The notes beneath the pieces are model-generated. The model did not search any database. It saw nothing but the letters and a program-made list of their open reading frames with translations, and had not been told where the DNA came from. 64,000 nucleotides of DNA, taken from Trichoplax adhaerens. Taxonomy: Eukaryota > Animalia > Placozoa. Made by a program: the position numbers and the translations under genes. Positions 1 to 13,630 of the stretch are shown one piece after another (the first letter of the stretch is position 1; every line of letters begins with the position of its first letter). Location: NCBI RefSeq assembly GCF_000150275.1, contig NW_002060950.1, forward strand, positions 1,414,106 to 1,478,105. The letters are read 5' to 3'.

Positions 1-206
1 ATAAGCTAAAAGCTAGACATTGAGCTTAATCAATAAACCATAATAGTTGATAGTTGCAATAACAACATTACATCTTTGCTAACCAATTTATCGAATAGCA
101 ACAGTTCAACATGAAATACAGATGATTTGATATTGCACTGTGCAAATTACATCATGTTCACTTAAATAGTAGTTGTAAGCATATGACAGGCAATAGAAGT
201 ACTTAC

Positions 207-3200
207 GAAAACTTTTCATCAATATTTTTCCTGAACATGTATATCCCCACTACAACAAGTAGAACAACAACAACTCCAATAATGATACCGACATATGTCC
301 CTGCGCCGAGACCTAAACATACCATTGCAAAATAAAGGAGAATATGTTATGATACTAAACAGACGCATTATTTTAATATTTATTACAATGTACTAACTTT
401 AGCAAGTAACAACCGATATTACAGCAACAGTATTTAACACTATATACATTTAAAAAAGTTTCATGATTACAAACATTGTGACATCAAATAGAAGACAATT
501 ACTTATATGGTACTGCTACAGTTCTCTAGCTTAGATAAACTTTAATCTAATAGCATACCATTTCCAGATAATTTAGCAAGAGTAACACAAGAATAAGTAT
601 CCTTTGCTAGATATTGATTTTGATTGCCACCAATGCATGAACTTCCTGGTACTTTCCGATAAACAGACGTAGTGAAAACGCTAGTATTGCTGACACATTG
701 ACTACGATAAGTCTCCACAATTTGGCAGGTGCCATTAGCCAGAGCATTAAAGCCGTAATTACATTCAAAGTCTTCTACACCACAAGTACAATTTTGGTTG
801 CTAACGGGACGTGAATAATCAGCTCCATTAAAGCAACAAGACGAAGGTTTTTTTACTTGGTAAACTTTACGACTACCTAACAGACAGTTTTTGGTACCAT
901 ATTGATCTGCAGGGGTCCAATTAATATAATCATTTTCGCTACATTTGCGGATTAACAAAGGTTGGAAATATAAATTGGCGATTATCCATTCGTAGTTATT
1001 TATATGAAAATAACCATAAACACTAGCTCTCAATGATTTCGAGCCAGGCTCTGTAATAATTGTGAGGAGGGTCATAGTTTGATCAGCAATCTTGACATTG
1101 GTAAAGGTTTTACCACCGTTACAACTGTAGCTAATAAATGTTTGATTTCGTTGGGTGCCTCTTTGAGCCGTCAAGATAACTGAACCATGATCTAGTGCAG
1201 TAAAGATGTTACTGGTCGGAGAAGATTGCGCCCATGAAAATCCGCCATCGTTAGAAATGTATAGTGTAGCATTAGCTCTAGAGAATACTTTACCGTAACT
1301 ACCAAATCCTAGAACTAGTCCAGGTGCGGCGTTACTGGTGTAGACGCCGCGGTTTAAAATAGCTACACCAGTAAAGAAATTGATATGCAAGGAACATGCA
1401 GGCAATTGGCAATTAGTTGCCTTACCAAATCGATCAGTAGATGGTGCTTTTATTGTATGCCAGCTTCCACCTTTATTATATGAGATTTTGGTGACAGATG
1501 GTGGAAAAAAGCCAATGGGTGCCTTTCCAACAACTTGACTGACCATGTAGGAACCAGGTAAGCTCGCGATTCTATAAAAGCCGACATAAGCTAGGCCCCT
1601 TCGCCATGAAGAATCAGGAGCAGTAAGTATATTTGTAATAGTTCGACTAAAGAAAGCCCCACTTTGATCCGAGATGTAAAGGTTGGTCAGGTTACTTTTA
1701 TGATTAACTGCCATAACAACCTCATTATCGACAGTTTCCAATATTAGAAATCCCTAAGGACGGTATCAACCATACTATGATATTAGTTTTATAAAGGATT
1801 GTATATGACACATTATTATGAAATTATTTACAGTCATTCTCTCTTAGATCGAATTATCTATGCGTGAATAACGACTATATTTGCTGCAATTGCTAAATTT
1901 AGTACAGATATTAATTCTGTGCATTTTATAAAAATACATAAAGGGCGGCAATATCTATACAAGTTTGATAATAAAAATTTACTACAAATTTACCCGGTTT
2001 AAAATAGTCACTGGAAAATTGGCTACCCGGAATGGGCTACGCTTGTATGATACGTATAGAAGATCCGCAGTACTATTTCTTGCTGAACCTGATTTCTGAA
2101 AAATTGCATATACAAATTAACCTCATCGTAACTAACGTTATTTTAAGAGTACCTATTGAGCACTGTAGTTGGAAATAATACTGTACTACCATAAATTACT
2201 CTACTAATGAGGAAATATTGTAATGGAAGCGATTTTAGTTCTTAATGATTTTTGTACATAATTTCAGATAGAATAAAATTTTACGAAAAGAAAGCTATTA
2301 ACAGTATTATTTTACCCGCTATATAACGACAATTGCATTAAGGAAAACGAGGTCATAGTAATAATATTAGTCGTATAAATCGTGCTTTAATGATAACTAT
2401 TATAAAGAGTACTTAACATCGGATAGTATACATAGTATATTTCATATGGAAATAACAGGATAGAAGCTATCTACTAAGCGTAATTAAATATTCATACATC
2501 CAAGGACTTGTACGATATTACTATAACTAATCTATTTTGTGATTGCTAGCCTTCAAAACACATCAAAGGGTTGATCAGGGTTAGATTATAATATAGTAGA
2601 CAAAGAATAGAATAGAATCCTTTAGCATTAATATAGTGATGACAAGCAACAAGTTGCGTATGCCATTATAACTTACCAAAGTAAAAATATAGTTGTTTGA
2701 CACTATCAAATTGAAGGGAACAACAGGACCCATCTTTGTGTCAAAGATACCAGCTGCCATAGTGTTAGTTTTTATATAGCGGATAGTAGTCCTATTATAG
2801 TCCGTGTACTCATAATAAATTCTGTATGGATCGTCACCACCAAATGCCCTTGTTGACGAAAAAAGAATTTAGATATCAGTCAATGAAATATATCTACTCA
2901 CATCCTCTCTGATAATTATAATTAATGGCCACAATGATATCACACAGTTCTATTCTTACAACTCTATCTAATAAGACATTTTAATAAAATTTTATTATCA
3001 GCGTATTAATACCATGAATATCTTGTTACATTAGTAGCTACTGATTTCCAAGTGGCCCCCATGTTGCTGGAGACGTACAACTAAAACAGATAAATGAATA
3101 ATTAGGAAAATCTGCAAAAGATATACGCGTATAAGTTTATCAATTATCAGCTAAAAAATGTCCTACAACTCATAAAAAAATATTTAATGATTAACTCAGT

Positions 3201-6200
3201 ATCAATAATTGGAATAATTGCTTTGACTCTGGAAATCAAGACTTTCTAATCTCCTTTTAGTAATGTCACACTTTAACAGACTAGCGCTATATGCTTTAAG
3301 TATGCATGAATTATACAACCCTAGCTCTATAGTAGATAACTGATACAGGTATAGAAATTTAGGGCAATTAGAATCTACTATGACGTCAACCTAATAGTAC
3401 ATTAGTAATGATACAGTAGGATTTCGCGTTTAAGTTCAATTACGTACAGTAATTTATCAAAGTCATCCACATATAAATGCAACGCATATTAGACACCAGA
3501 AACAATACTAGCGAAGACTACCGAAGAATCAGCTCGTGCAGGATATTAACAATTGTCAGTAAGAAGTAACATAAAGTCTATCTAAACTAAAACTCATCAT
3601 CTTACGGTGTCAGACAGTTACTATGTTCACGACTCGTGAAATACTAATAGCTGGAGCACCTATAAATCACATTATCTAAGACCACAAGCATAAAAATACA
3701 TTATTCGAAGCTGCAATTAAAAGGCACAAAAATATCAATTCTAACATCACAGTTCACAGGATTGATAACAGACAATCACATGTGAAGAGTAGTTGTAAGC
3801 TAATGTGCCTTAAATGCGAAAAATGCAAGCGTTAAAAATTCACTCAAATACGAATGGCAAGTGAAATTGCGAAATTTAACGTTTGCTAGCATAAGTTGAT
3901 GAAATACCGTTGTGAAATTCACATGTGAATCACTATTAAATACTCTTAAAAATTAAATTCCCTGCAGGAATACTAGTTCAAAGTAAGTATTTAACCGTAA
4001 TCAACTCCAGACTTATGCAAAACATAAATGAGCCATATTTGCCGTTCATTATTCAAAATTCGAGAAAAATTTATTTTAAAACCAAAATTAATCAGTACGG
4101 TGCATAACTTACGGCTTTCTTCGTAAAATCGTATCCAGCAACATAGCCACTAATCGATGCTACACGACTGTAACTTAATGTGGACGCCGTAAAAGGTAAG
4201 TTGACAGTACTAATGGTTTTACCAGCATCTGAAGTTGTATATATTGTTCTTGGATTGCGTGCATCTCTAAAAATGACCTGTGTGGGAAGAAAAAATTAGT
4301 CGAACCTTTGCTATTAGTTGGTTGGCTCATTACATTCCTATTTTAAAGGAACAGGCTGAAGGTTACTGAAAATTTAGTTTCTTGTATAAAAGTAAAGTGC
4401 ACATTGAGATATCAATGTTATTCATGTTGTTACTTGGTAAAATGATTACATGACAAAACCGCTTTTGTATACAAATAACTGAATTTTGTATACTGATCAT
4501 CGTAGGCATGTTAAAAAATGATGCTAAAAGTCAACAGAGTCAATAGTATAAATCCGACAACAACATCAAGAAGAAAAAATGTAGTATCAGGATTAACTAC
4601 AAAATTATCAAGTAACTCCAAATACAAATACTGAAATGATTTCACAAGACAATCGAAGAGTCATTATGATTGCCTAAATATGTAATACAATTTTTAAACA
4701 ATAGATGATATGAATTACTGGACGCTAATGATTTAGTATCATCACATATTTATAATTCATAGTTAAGATCACGCCATGTACTCGTATACTAATTAACATA
4801 GTAAGCCCTACTGAAGTAAGCCCAACTTTAAAAATTAAGATTTAAAACATTTCATCAGGATATCTCATATTCTATCGCAGTCTAGTGTACATTGTACTAG
4901 TATAGTACTGTGTACAGCTTATAGTAGAATACTCTAGGGATTTAAACTCTTTGCGTACATTGCTATAAACACCACTACAGTATATTGGTAATAAATCTCT
5001 AGTATTGTTTATCATTTATGCCGCATGATCACGTTACTGGTCGAGGTAAAATGCATTTATTATGATCATATATTAACAAACCTTCAGGCGATCGAGTCCG
5101 TTGAGGGTCCAAGACCTAACCACCTTGCCATTAAAAAAATTCGATTTCACAAACTGAGCTCCATTATTTGTCGACCTAAAGTCAATATCAACATAAACGA
5201 TAGGTATAGTTGAGTAATAAAAAGGAATATCAAATTATTAATACAAATAGTCAAAAGATTATAATACAGGTGTATTAATATCAATATTTAATTAAGTTAT
5301 AACATCATAGTTACTACTACAAACTTCCGTATTGCTCGCTTAAACATAGAATAGCGTTACAATATCATTTTAAGGCACTACACCCTTACCTAATACCTAT
5401 TCCAATTAAAGCACACTACATGCAAAGTATTACTTTCGTATATTATACTGTAGTAACGACCACTTCAGTAAATTTTTAATTTACAGATATTAGAAAAGGA
5501 TGACTATATCGCAAGATGACCATACCAATGACATCATTACCTGCGCTATATTACTAAAATTTTTTAGGTGATCTTACCTATAAAAATGACTGTTGGTAAC
5601 GAGGCCACTACCACTTCTCGATAAGGTTAAAATTAGAATTATCTATAGAAGCGCAACAGAAGAACAAAATTATATTGATTGTTATAAACGCCATTTGATA
5701 GTATTCAACATTGGCATGTCACAATACGCTGCGATAGTCATTGACGGTAAATAACGCAGAAGTATTCTAACATGGCAAACAGTAATGGAGTTGATGAGTC
5801 ATTATGTTTATTGGATCGGGTACTATACTAATTCTAGCATGGGCACGATTTCCTATGCCGGAAGTGATAGGCGTATGTCAAATAACGTTACAGTTTTAGC
5901 GCTACACTTATTCGTATGCAATTAATTTTCCATAGCAAATGATTACTTACAGTATGTCAAACTTTCAAATTATCCAAGCCAATCATGGCAACTTTAATAC
6001 TAAGCCCACTCATTCAAATTTATTTTATAGACTTACAGACTTTCTGAGGCGATCATTGAAATATAAAACTAAGAGTCTACACCCGAGTTATTGTACTGTA
6101 CTGTTGGATCACTTCAACTTTAATACTAACATTGTACACCCACATCGCTGCACCGTGTTTCATCAAAGAGATCATGTGCATTGTACTATCGATGCATTCC

Positions 6201-9200
6201 TTTCAATTCCTTGTTTATCAACGAGTTTGAAGCCTGTCATATTAGCCATAGTCAATGAAAAACAATTTGGCCAAATGTTATTATTTCATTCGATTTATTT
6301 TGAAGTTGTTGTCTCATCATGTTGATCATTTGCTTATCAAGGACTTTTTACAAATCTTCGTTTGTTGGATCATGACGATCCAGTAGAATAAATCTATCCC
6401 TCCTGAAAGCAAGATTAAATAAATACACCATTGATAGCCTGTGAAAATCGCAGATCGATGTTGATCATATCTACTTTGATGCTCATTCTTGCTACTGAAT
6501 AGTTTGTTTACTGGTGATCCATCCAGGCTGATCGAGCTAGTATCGTCATTTCAACCATTACCGCGACTAATGATGATGGCAAACTGAAGTGCTAATCAAT
6601 AATTTGACCGTACTTGTTGTATCTACTACGTTCTTAAGTACAGTAGCGAATTATTTATTGATGATTTTAATTACAAGTATAAAATAACGTTGTTAAAATA
6701 ATTTGTTTCAATCAATTTCGATTATGATGCATTTCTGCTTGGTTACTATGGTAGTACAGAATATAGTCAGTCAGTCAGTTACTCAATAGTCGATAGACGA
6801 CGACTGGATATGCTATACGGACAGCCACTGGACTACAGTACATTGTTGTACTGTACACATGGATTTACAGTACATTGTATAGTAGTGGAATACTGTAGTC
6901 GATTGGTCGTAAATTTAGATCTGAGACCGGTTCGGTGCGGTTCGGTTCAAACCTTTATGATCTATATTCGTCATACCAATACGCTGAATACAGTACTGGT
7001 CCACCTGTACCTGCTGTCGGAAGCCGACACTGGGATAAAACAGTTCTGAATCAATCGTTGGCTCGAGTATAAACTCTGTATTCTAGAGATAGTGAGCAGT
7101 CCGTGTCAGCTAGTGTCAGACACGGACCCAATTCATTCATTGGGTGGTCGATCTACAGTATTTGATTTTGATTACCGTACAGTATTATTATTCACAGTCA
7201 GAGTCCGTCATGATCGTGTTAACGATCATGATACTGTAGGTCATGAAACTACCAGGCACCATGCTATTTCCACTTGATTTCTTACTTAGTCCATGTGGGA
7301 TGCAACCATAACTCCACGGCTGTAGTATAATTGTTCATCAATTATTTATCCACTTTTCAAAGTTGGTGTTTTAAATTGTTTTTGACGATTGACCCGGTTG
7401 CTGTGCCTTTTCCATTGAGTTCAGTACCATACAATCTTACTACTATTGAGAAACGTGGGTTTCTCTGACTTATCCAGATACACACTACTATTCTACTGTG
7501 CTGTAGTCTTGTGCCGTTTTTGTACATTTATACAATTCATATTGTTTTATCACTCTTTTAGATTGTCTAACAAGATCACTAAGTTAGTATAACTTCATTA
7601 CGGCGGTGGAATCCAAAGTCTATCGGCTAATCACTCTAGCCAGTAACTACGGGCAAGATGCCAACCGATAGCCCTATCGATTCAGCTTTTACATCATGAT
7701 TTGAGTTGATTGCTAAATTGATAACTATTTATTATCATTATTTATTTATACGAGTGGGATTAATGATTATAATTAGCCATTACTGTTGAAGTTGCCGGTT
7801 TCTGATTGCCAGATTAATAAAGCTCGTTACTATATCAATGTGATCAGTGCCTCGATACATCGTACTAATAATTCTCAAATAGGTTGTATGATTGTTGGAT
7901 TCAAATGTGCTTCCTCTACATCAACGTCGGTGTTGTAAGTAGATATTTTAGCTGCAGTTTTGATCTACTGTATTATTCCAGCAGCAATAGTAACAGTACA
8001 AGTCAACAACGCTAGTCTTTTACGCAGCGAGAGCTAAGCTGACGATCAACTAATACTGGCCATAAATGCCATAAACCTACAAGCAAACTAAGCCAGTGCC
8101 CATGTTTACCTAAAAAGGTTTACTAACGAACATCACCGACTATTCGAGTCAGGATAACCGAATAACGCATAAAAATATCTTATCCTATCCCTAAAATAAG
8201 CCATCATGAATCCGATTTGATCCAAATACTCTTCTCAGTTATTTCCAGTCCTATCAGCTAGTTAGAATTAGCAGACTACCGATCCAAAAAACAAAATTAC
8301 CCAGCTTGCAGGTCACAAATAAACAATTAAACAATAAACAATTTTTGCATCTGTCAATCAATTAAAGTGCCACGTAATGAATGTAAATTAGGTGCATTGT
8401 ACCCAAGCTACACATTGTACCGTACTGTACAGTATGTGTACAGTACAGTCCATCGGGGGGGGGATCACAGGTAACGCTAAATGATTAAATCCACAATTTT
8501 TTCACTCAACTCTAAACAGAATACGAAAGTATTTACACAGATCCACTACCGATTTGTGTTATAATAAGTCCAATGTAGCGACGTCCGTCATGGTCTCAAG
8601 AAGATTTCGCTGGGAAATGGATTGAGTAGTCAGGCATCTCAGTGCAAAAATGGAAATCAAAAAGTGTTGTACTTTATCATTCTCCTAGCATCTTTTCCAA
8701 CAAGGATTTGTTCGGGTACATTGGTTGCATAGTTTACATCAAGGTTTTGGACAGTAATGAGTACATTAAGTCAACTTAGTGCTGTACAAAGTATAAACAG
8801 TGCAGTACAGTATTGTTCATAGTCAAACGCATTACGAAAGCTTAGCGCCTACGTATGCAACATACTGTAGAGTACAACTACTGTACATCGCATTAACATC
8901 TGAATTGGTTTTCTCGCACACCAGGCTAGTAGGCGCTACTGTAGTCTAGACAGTTTCTTTTTTCTCTGCTATTTATTTCATCATCCTACCAGTTAAAACA
9001 GTGTAGTACACCAACGGAGTTCAACCGTAAATGCTTACCAACGGTACGTCCATCCATTTTCGTTGCTACAGTACTGGAATCCTGTCTAATCATTAGAACT
9101 ATAATACAGTAATAACTTTTATTTTATGCTTGGCTCTGCCTACAGCAAGGATTACCAAAATAATACAGTACAGTACAGTAACTCTAACGGATATAAATAA

Positions 9201-9961
9201 CTTGATGTAGAGAAATTCATGAATAATATTAGTCTTCAAGATTATTTTTTTTCAATTTTTTTTTTTAATGTTGGACTAGCAGTATCCCGCGTGTGATGCT
9301 TTCTGGAAAATGAATATCGATGTTGGACAACCAAAGACAACGCACGCATTCGCAGACAAATGTGCTGGTTCTATGCACACGTGTCGCCATTAGTACTCAT
9401 TGAGTAATTGTATATCCAAAATGTGTAAAACTTGTGCTAGATAAAGTGTAATCTGTACCTTGATCGAACGATGGCGATATCTAGCCCCCTTAAGTTCGTT
9501 GACTTTTTGTGTGATTACCAGTCAATCAATATTCATTTGTGAGAGACTTTATTAAAGTCAAAGCGTATAACTTCAACCCCCAAGATAATGATTTTCAAGC
9601 CTGTAAATAACAGTACTTTAGAAAGTCAACTTACGTTCGTTTTCATACCAACGTAGAAAATGAAAGCGACATTATTGGAATCATTTTTTAAGGCAACAGT
9701 GTTTTGAACGTTGATATTATCCCTACGTTGACGAAATACATTTTCTACAGGAAGAGAATGTCCAGATTTTCGTTCGGCTAACACTTTGCCAATTGACTCT
9801 TCATTGTTGAAATCGGGATTCAATGTGACTTCGTAAACTTCAGGTTCTTCATTTAACTCTTTAGCCAGATAAGTTAAAGTAGAAGATTCTTGATGAGCGC
9901 TAGCAACTGTTATGCCAAGCGTACATAGCAGTATAAACCACTGTAAGCCAAATTTCGCCAT
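207..9961 (-). CDS. VPS10-domain receptor (sortilin-like), paralog A; 3' end runs off the window
   Basis: GT-AG exons join in frame: 9635-9961, 5578-5642, 5082-5175, 4113-4277, 3013-3080, 2677-2848, 1994-2095, 559-1753, 207-312. The protein has a signal peptide (MAKFGLQWFILLCTLGITVASA), a furin site RQRR|D, Asp-box/BNR repeats (RSTNNGAQF, TSDAGKT, SSNMGATW, SYNKGGSW, SNDGGFSW), a Cys-rich 10CC region (CLLG...CTCGVEDFECNYGF...YRKVPGSSC) and a TM helix (YVGIIIGVVVVLLVVVGIYMF). Confidence 0.93.
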
Positions 9962-10228
9962 CTCTAGCCAAACCCCAGTAAGATATTGTTACGTTTTACC
10001 AATGCGTTTAGCAAAGCAAGTGTTAATTGAACACTACCACTTCTTTCCTGGTTGGGGCAATCAGAAATACGTATATGGTACCGTAGATGAATGCGTTTAT
10101 AACCGTTTTGTTGCCTTCAACTTTGAATAATTTATATGGGATAATTTATACTCATCTCGCAGCGGACAATTATTATTCTAATTCAAAACAATACAATTGA
10201 ATTTCTTTTACAAATTCATTTCCATCCC

Positions 10229-10430
10229 ATAGTACAGTACAGTACTGTACTTTGCTTTTTACATTGTTGATATTTACATTGCACATGTTGAAATAATGCC
10301 AGTGTGGCACCGGTCTTCTATTAACCTTTTAGCGTACCCTATAGTACTGTACTGTACAGTGTACAGTACTTAAGATGTAATGTTTGTACTACTGTATACT
10401 GTACAGTACAGTACATTGCTTACTGTATTC
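10229..10430. promoter_or_regulatory. (TACAG/CTGTA)n-rich cluster upstream of VPS10 paralog A
   Basis: Dense AGTACAGTAC/TACTGTAC pentamer runs 270-470 bp upstream of the ATG at 9961. The promoter role is inferred from recurrence at other gene starts. Confidence 0.5.
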
Positions 10431-12129
10431 AGCGAAACATTGTCTTCAAACTCATACCAGAAATGCCAAGTACGTTTCATCATTAATTAAAATATTAAAT
10501 TAAATTTTAATCGAATTTCAAATAGTAACAGTAGTACGGAATGTCATTCCATCGTAATCGTATGCGAACTGACATTATTATGATGACTCTCCCATCATTC
10601 ATTGCTTTACAAGGCTACCTTATGCCTTTTACTACAGACGACAGTTCGATTGACTAGCCGTCTGATAGACCGGTACTTGCCAGTACAGTACAGTACTGCA
10701 GGGGGCTGGCTGATATAAAATGGAAAGAATTTCCGTCTTGACGGAGAAGATAACCTTCTAATATTCTAGCTTTTGAAGTCAGCACCTACTGAAGAGTGAA
10801 GACTGTCCTAAACGGGCGATGTGCTACTTTTGGCCCTGAAAAGGAGAAAGGATGGCACCCCTACTAAAAAGTCACGCTCCAGCAAATAATCGTATCGTGT
10901 AGTAGCGCTGTGTCGATCATGATCATGATCAATCTTGCTATGCACTTCAAATTACGAGTACAATTAAAGTCATGCTGTAGACAAAACTAGACGCGTACAT
11001 TAATTAATTAAAAAAAGACGTCCACATTGATTTGAAATACTCTACAATTTTTTTTCCATTTTGATACAACAGTTTAAGGTTAGAGGAATGATCAATTCTG
11101 GCGGGATTGAGCGAGTTGTAGTAGTATTTAATGCAGCGGCATAAGCGAAATACTGTATGCTTTGAGTCTTCATAAAATGATTGTAATTAGACAACCATTG
11201 TTGGTAAAAACAATAACTTTGCATGAATAGTTTTGAACTTTAAAGTATCCCATTGTAACGGGGTTACTGTATCTATTGTGATTTCATATTATATCTTGCC
11301 GCGTAGCCTAAGGCAAAATGATAAAGCACAACTTGTAGTCTTATTGATATGCCACAAGCACTTACGTTACTATATTAAACCTAGTTATCGGCCAGAGTCA
11401 ACTAATATAATAAAACATTTCAGAATTAATATCGCGTAAACATGGAAAAGAGAATGTGTACTTATACGCGTCCAATAGACTGCTTAAAATCAAGCTAATT
11501 AGCTTCAGACGGCATCAAAATTCATCATGCTTAGTCAAATGTGAATTTCATACTCCACTAAAAGTAGCCAAACTAATCACAACAGTTTTTAACTTTTACT
11601 AGTTGTACAGTACAATCGTACGCGTACTAATGTAATTCTTAAAAGACGCATACTAATTAATTAATTAGTTTGGATATCAGTGATTTTGTTCCGGCTTTTA
11701 ACACTGATAGTACCGTAGTAATCATCTACGCGTAATAACACTGCAGAAAGAACGCCGCCAGCTAACTTATAACATTCCATCAAACTGTACATAAGAGAGA
11801 GAGTAAGCGTTAATTTAAATTGAAAGTATTAAATTAATGTAAAACACAATTACGTGGCATTTAAGAATACTAACACAGTAAAAACAAATCATTACGTACA
11901 CGCCACGCCGTACAGTAATGTTGAATTCCTAACGCATTTCCACTATTGTATCTAATTGTATCCACTAGTTCGAAAATTGCTCAACTTAATTTATGTACAG
12001 TATATTGAATTAATTACGTAATTGTATAAAGTTGATTACTCTTAACCTTAAAAATGTTCATAAATCACAATATGACATGGTTTCGTATTTCTGTATTATC
12101 TTAAAATTATAAGCTTACGTGCCTTGGCG

Positions 12130-12341
12130 CATGGACCACAAGAGGAAACTCTAGCAATCCATGCCTTCTCAGCACGATCTAACCAAAGATTTATACATAA
12201 ATAAGGTCTACAAGTGATTAACATGATAATATGAATGGACGTTGCATAAGATCACTTACTGTATATCATACTAGTTATTCAGTACTATACTGTACAGTAC
12301 TATACCATAGACTACTAGAAGTCTTCTTCTAGTGGTCCATG
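12130..12341. mobile_element. Degenerate MITE-like element with ~25-bp imperfect terminal inverted repeats
   Basis: The left end CATGGACCACAAGAGGAAACTCTAG matches the reverse complement of the right end, CATGGACCACTAGAAGAAGACTTCTAG. The 8-bp flanks CCTTGGCG and ACTTTACG match at 5/8 positions. Confidence 0.55.
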
Positions 12342-13630
12342 ACTTTACGCAGACATGCATTGCAAATTCTGCCACGCCTATTTTGCCAGAAATCTCTTGT
12401 TAAACTTTAGGCTATTTTCGATGGACGTGTATTGTAAAAAAGATGTAGGTCAGAACTGTACACTACCAGATATAAATTTAATTGTCCACGGCAAGAATAA
12501 ATGGGGCTAAAACATAAGGACTTGCTAGCCTATCCCTTTATACACTTAGTGCTATCAGCTAACACACTGATATCGGCTTCTGGGCAATTCTAGGTGTACT
12601 TTACACAACGTATTGAACGATATGCGATTTAAAAGGACAAAAAAGTGAAAATAACATGGTACTACCATATCTGAAGGAAGTCCAATTTGCACTCTAGATT
12701 AAATGACAATATAGCCAATTACTTTGTTGTAACTCTCTGTGAATATTTTATAAGGTTGAAAATAATAGCAAATCAAGAACGATACCTAATTTAACGCTAG
12801 GATTAATAAGAGAAACTTTAGCTTATCTAATTATTCGTAATCGTGAATCTTCATTTTTATTTTCAGAAAACAATTTTATGAAGCTAAATAATATGGTAAA
12901 GACCGACATCACACTGTAATCTATATTACGGTACTATATATGTAAGTTCTCTGATGCATTAGTCATTCATTTAATCAACTTTAATTAAGAATTGCTCACT
13001 ACTTTAGCCAAGTAATAATTAATCAATCGCCATAACTTATGTAATAGCTTGGCTCTACTCTCATTACAATAGTAAAATAGAAAGCATAGGGAAGATCTTA
13101 TAAACATTTATAGAAATCTAATCGAAAATTAGCCAGGTCTCTAAAGTATTAATTATATCTACTAATAACTGAAAACAATCAGTTAAGAGCTGCTACAGAC
13201 AAATGATACGGTTACACAAAATTGTACCACTATATTCTTAGCGTATCATACTGGTAGTTAGACAGCCTTTAAAACGTTTACATCAGATCGAATCATCGTA
13301 GACGAACAGAGTAATAATTGTAACAGATGCAGCTTGGCTGTTAATACAGAAATGGTAAAGATATGAATGATGATTATTATTTAGATAATACTACTGTAAA
13401 TGAAGGTTGGAAACATTACGTTGCATAGTGGTTATCATATGCACCAATTTATCTGTTATATTAATATTGTACTATTTGTATACCTTACGTCATATTATTA
13501 ACACTGCATACCGAAGTAGTAATGCATAAAATGAAATAAAAAAAGGGCAATGTATTCGAGCTAGTAACTAAAGACGGACTAATGACTACGTCATGACAAA
13601 ATGTACACGAAAATTAATCAATACAAAAAA

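Noticed and set aside
10699-10863. Possible TIR pair (CAGGGGGCTGG ... GGCACCCCTA)
   Set aside because: The complementarity is too short and no TSD is visible.
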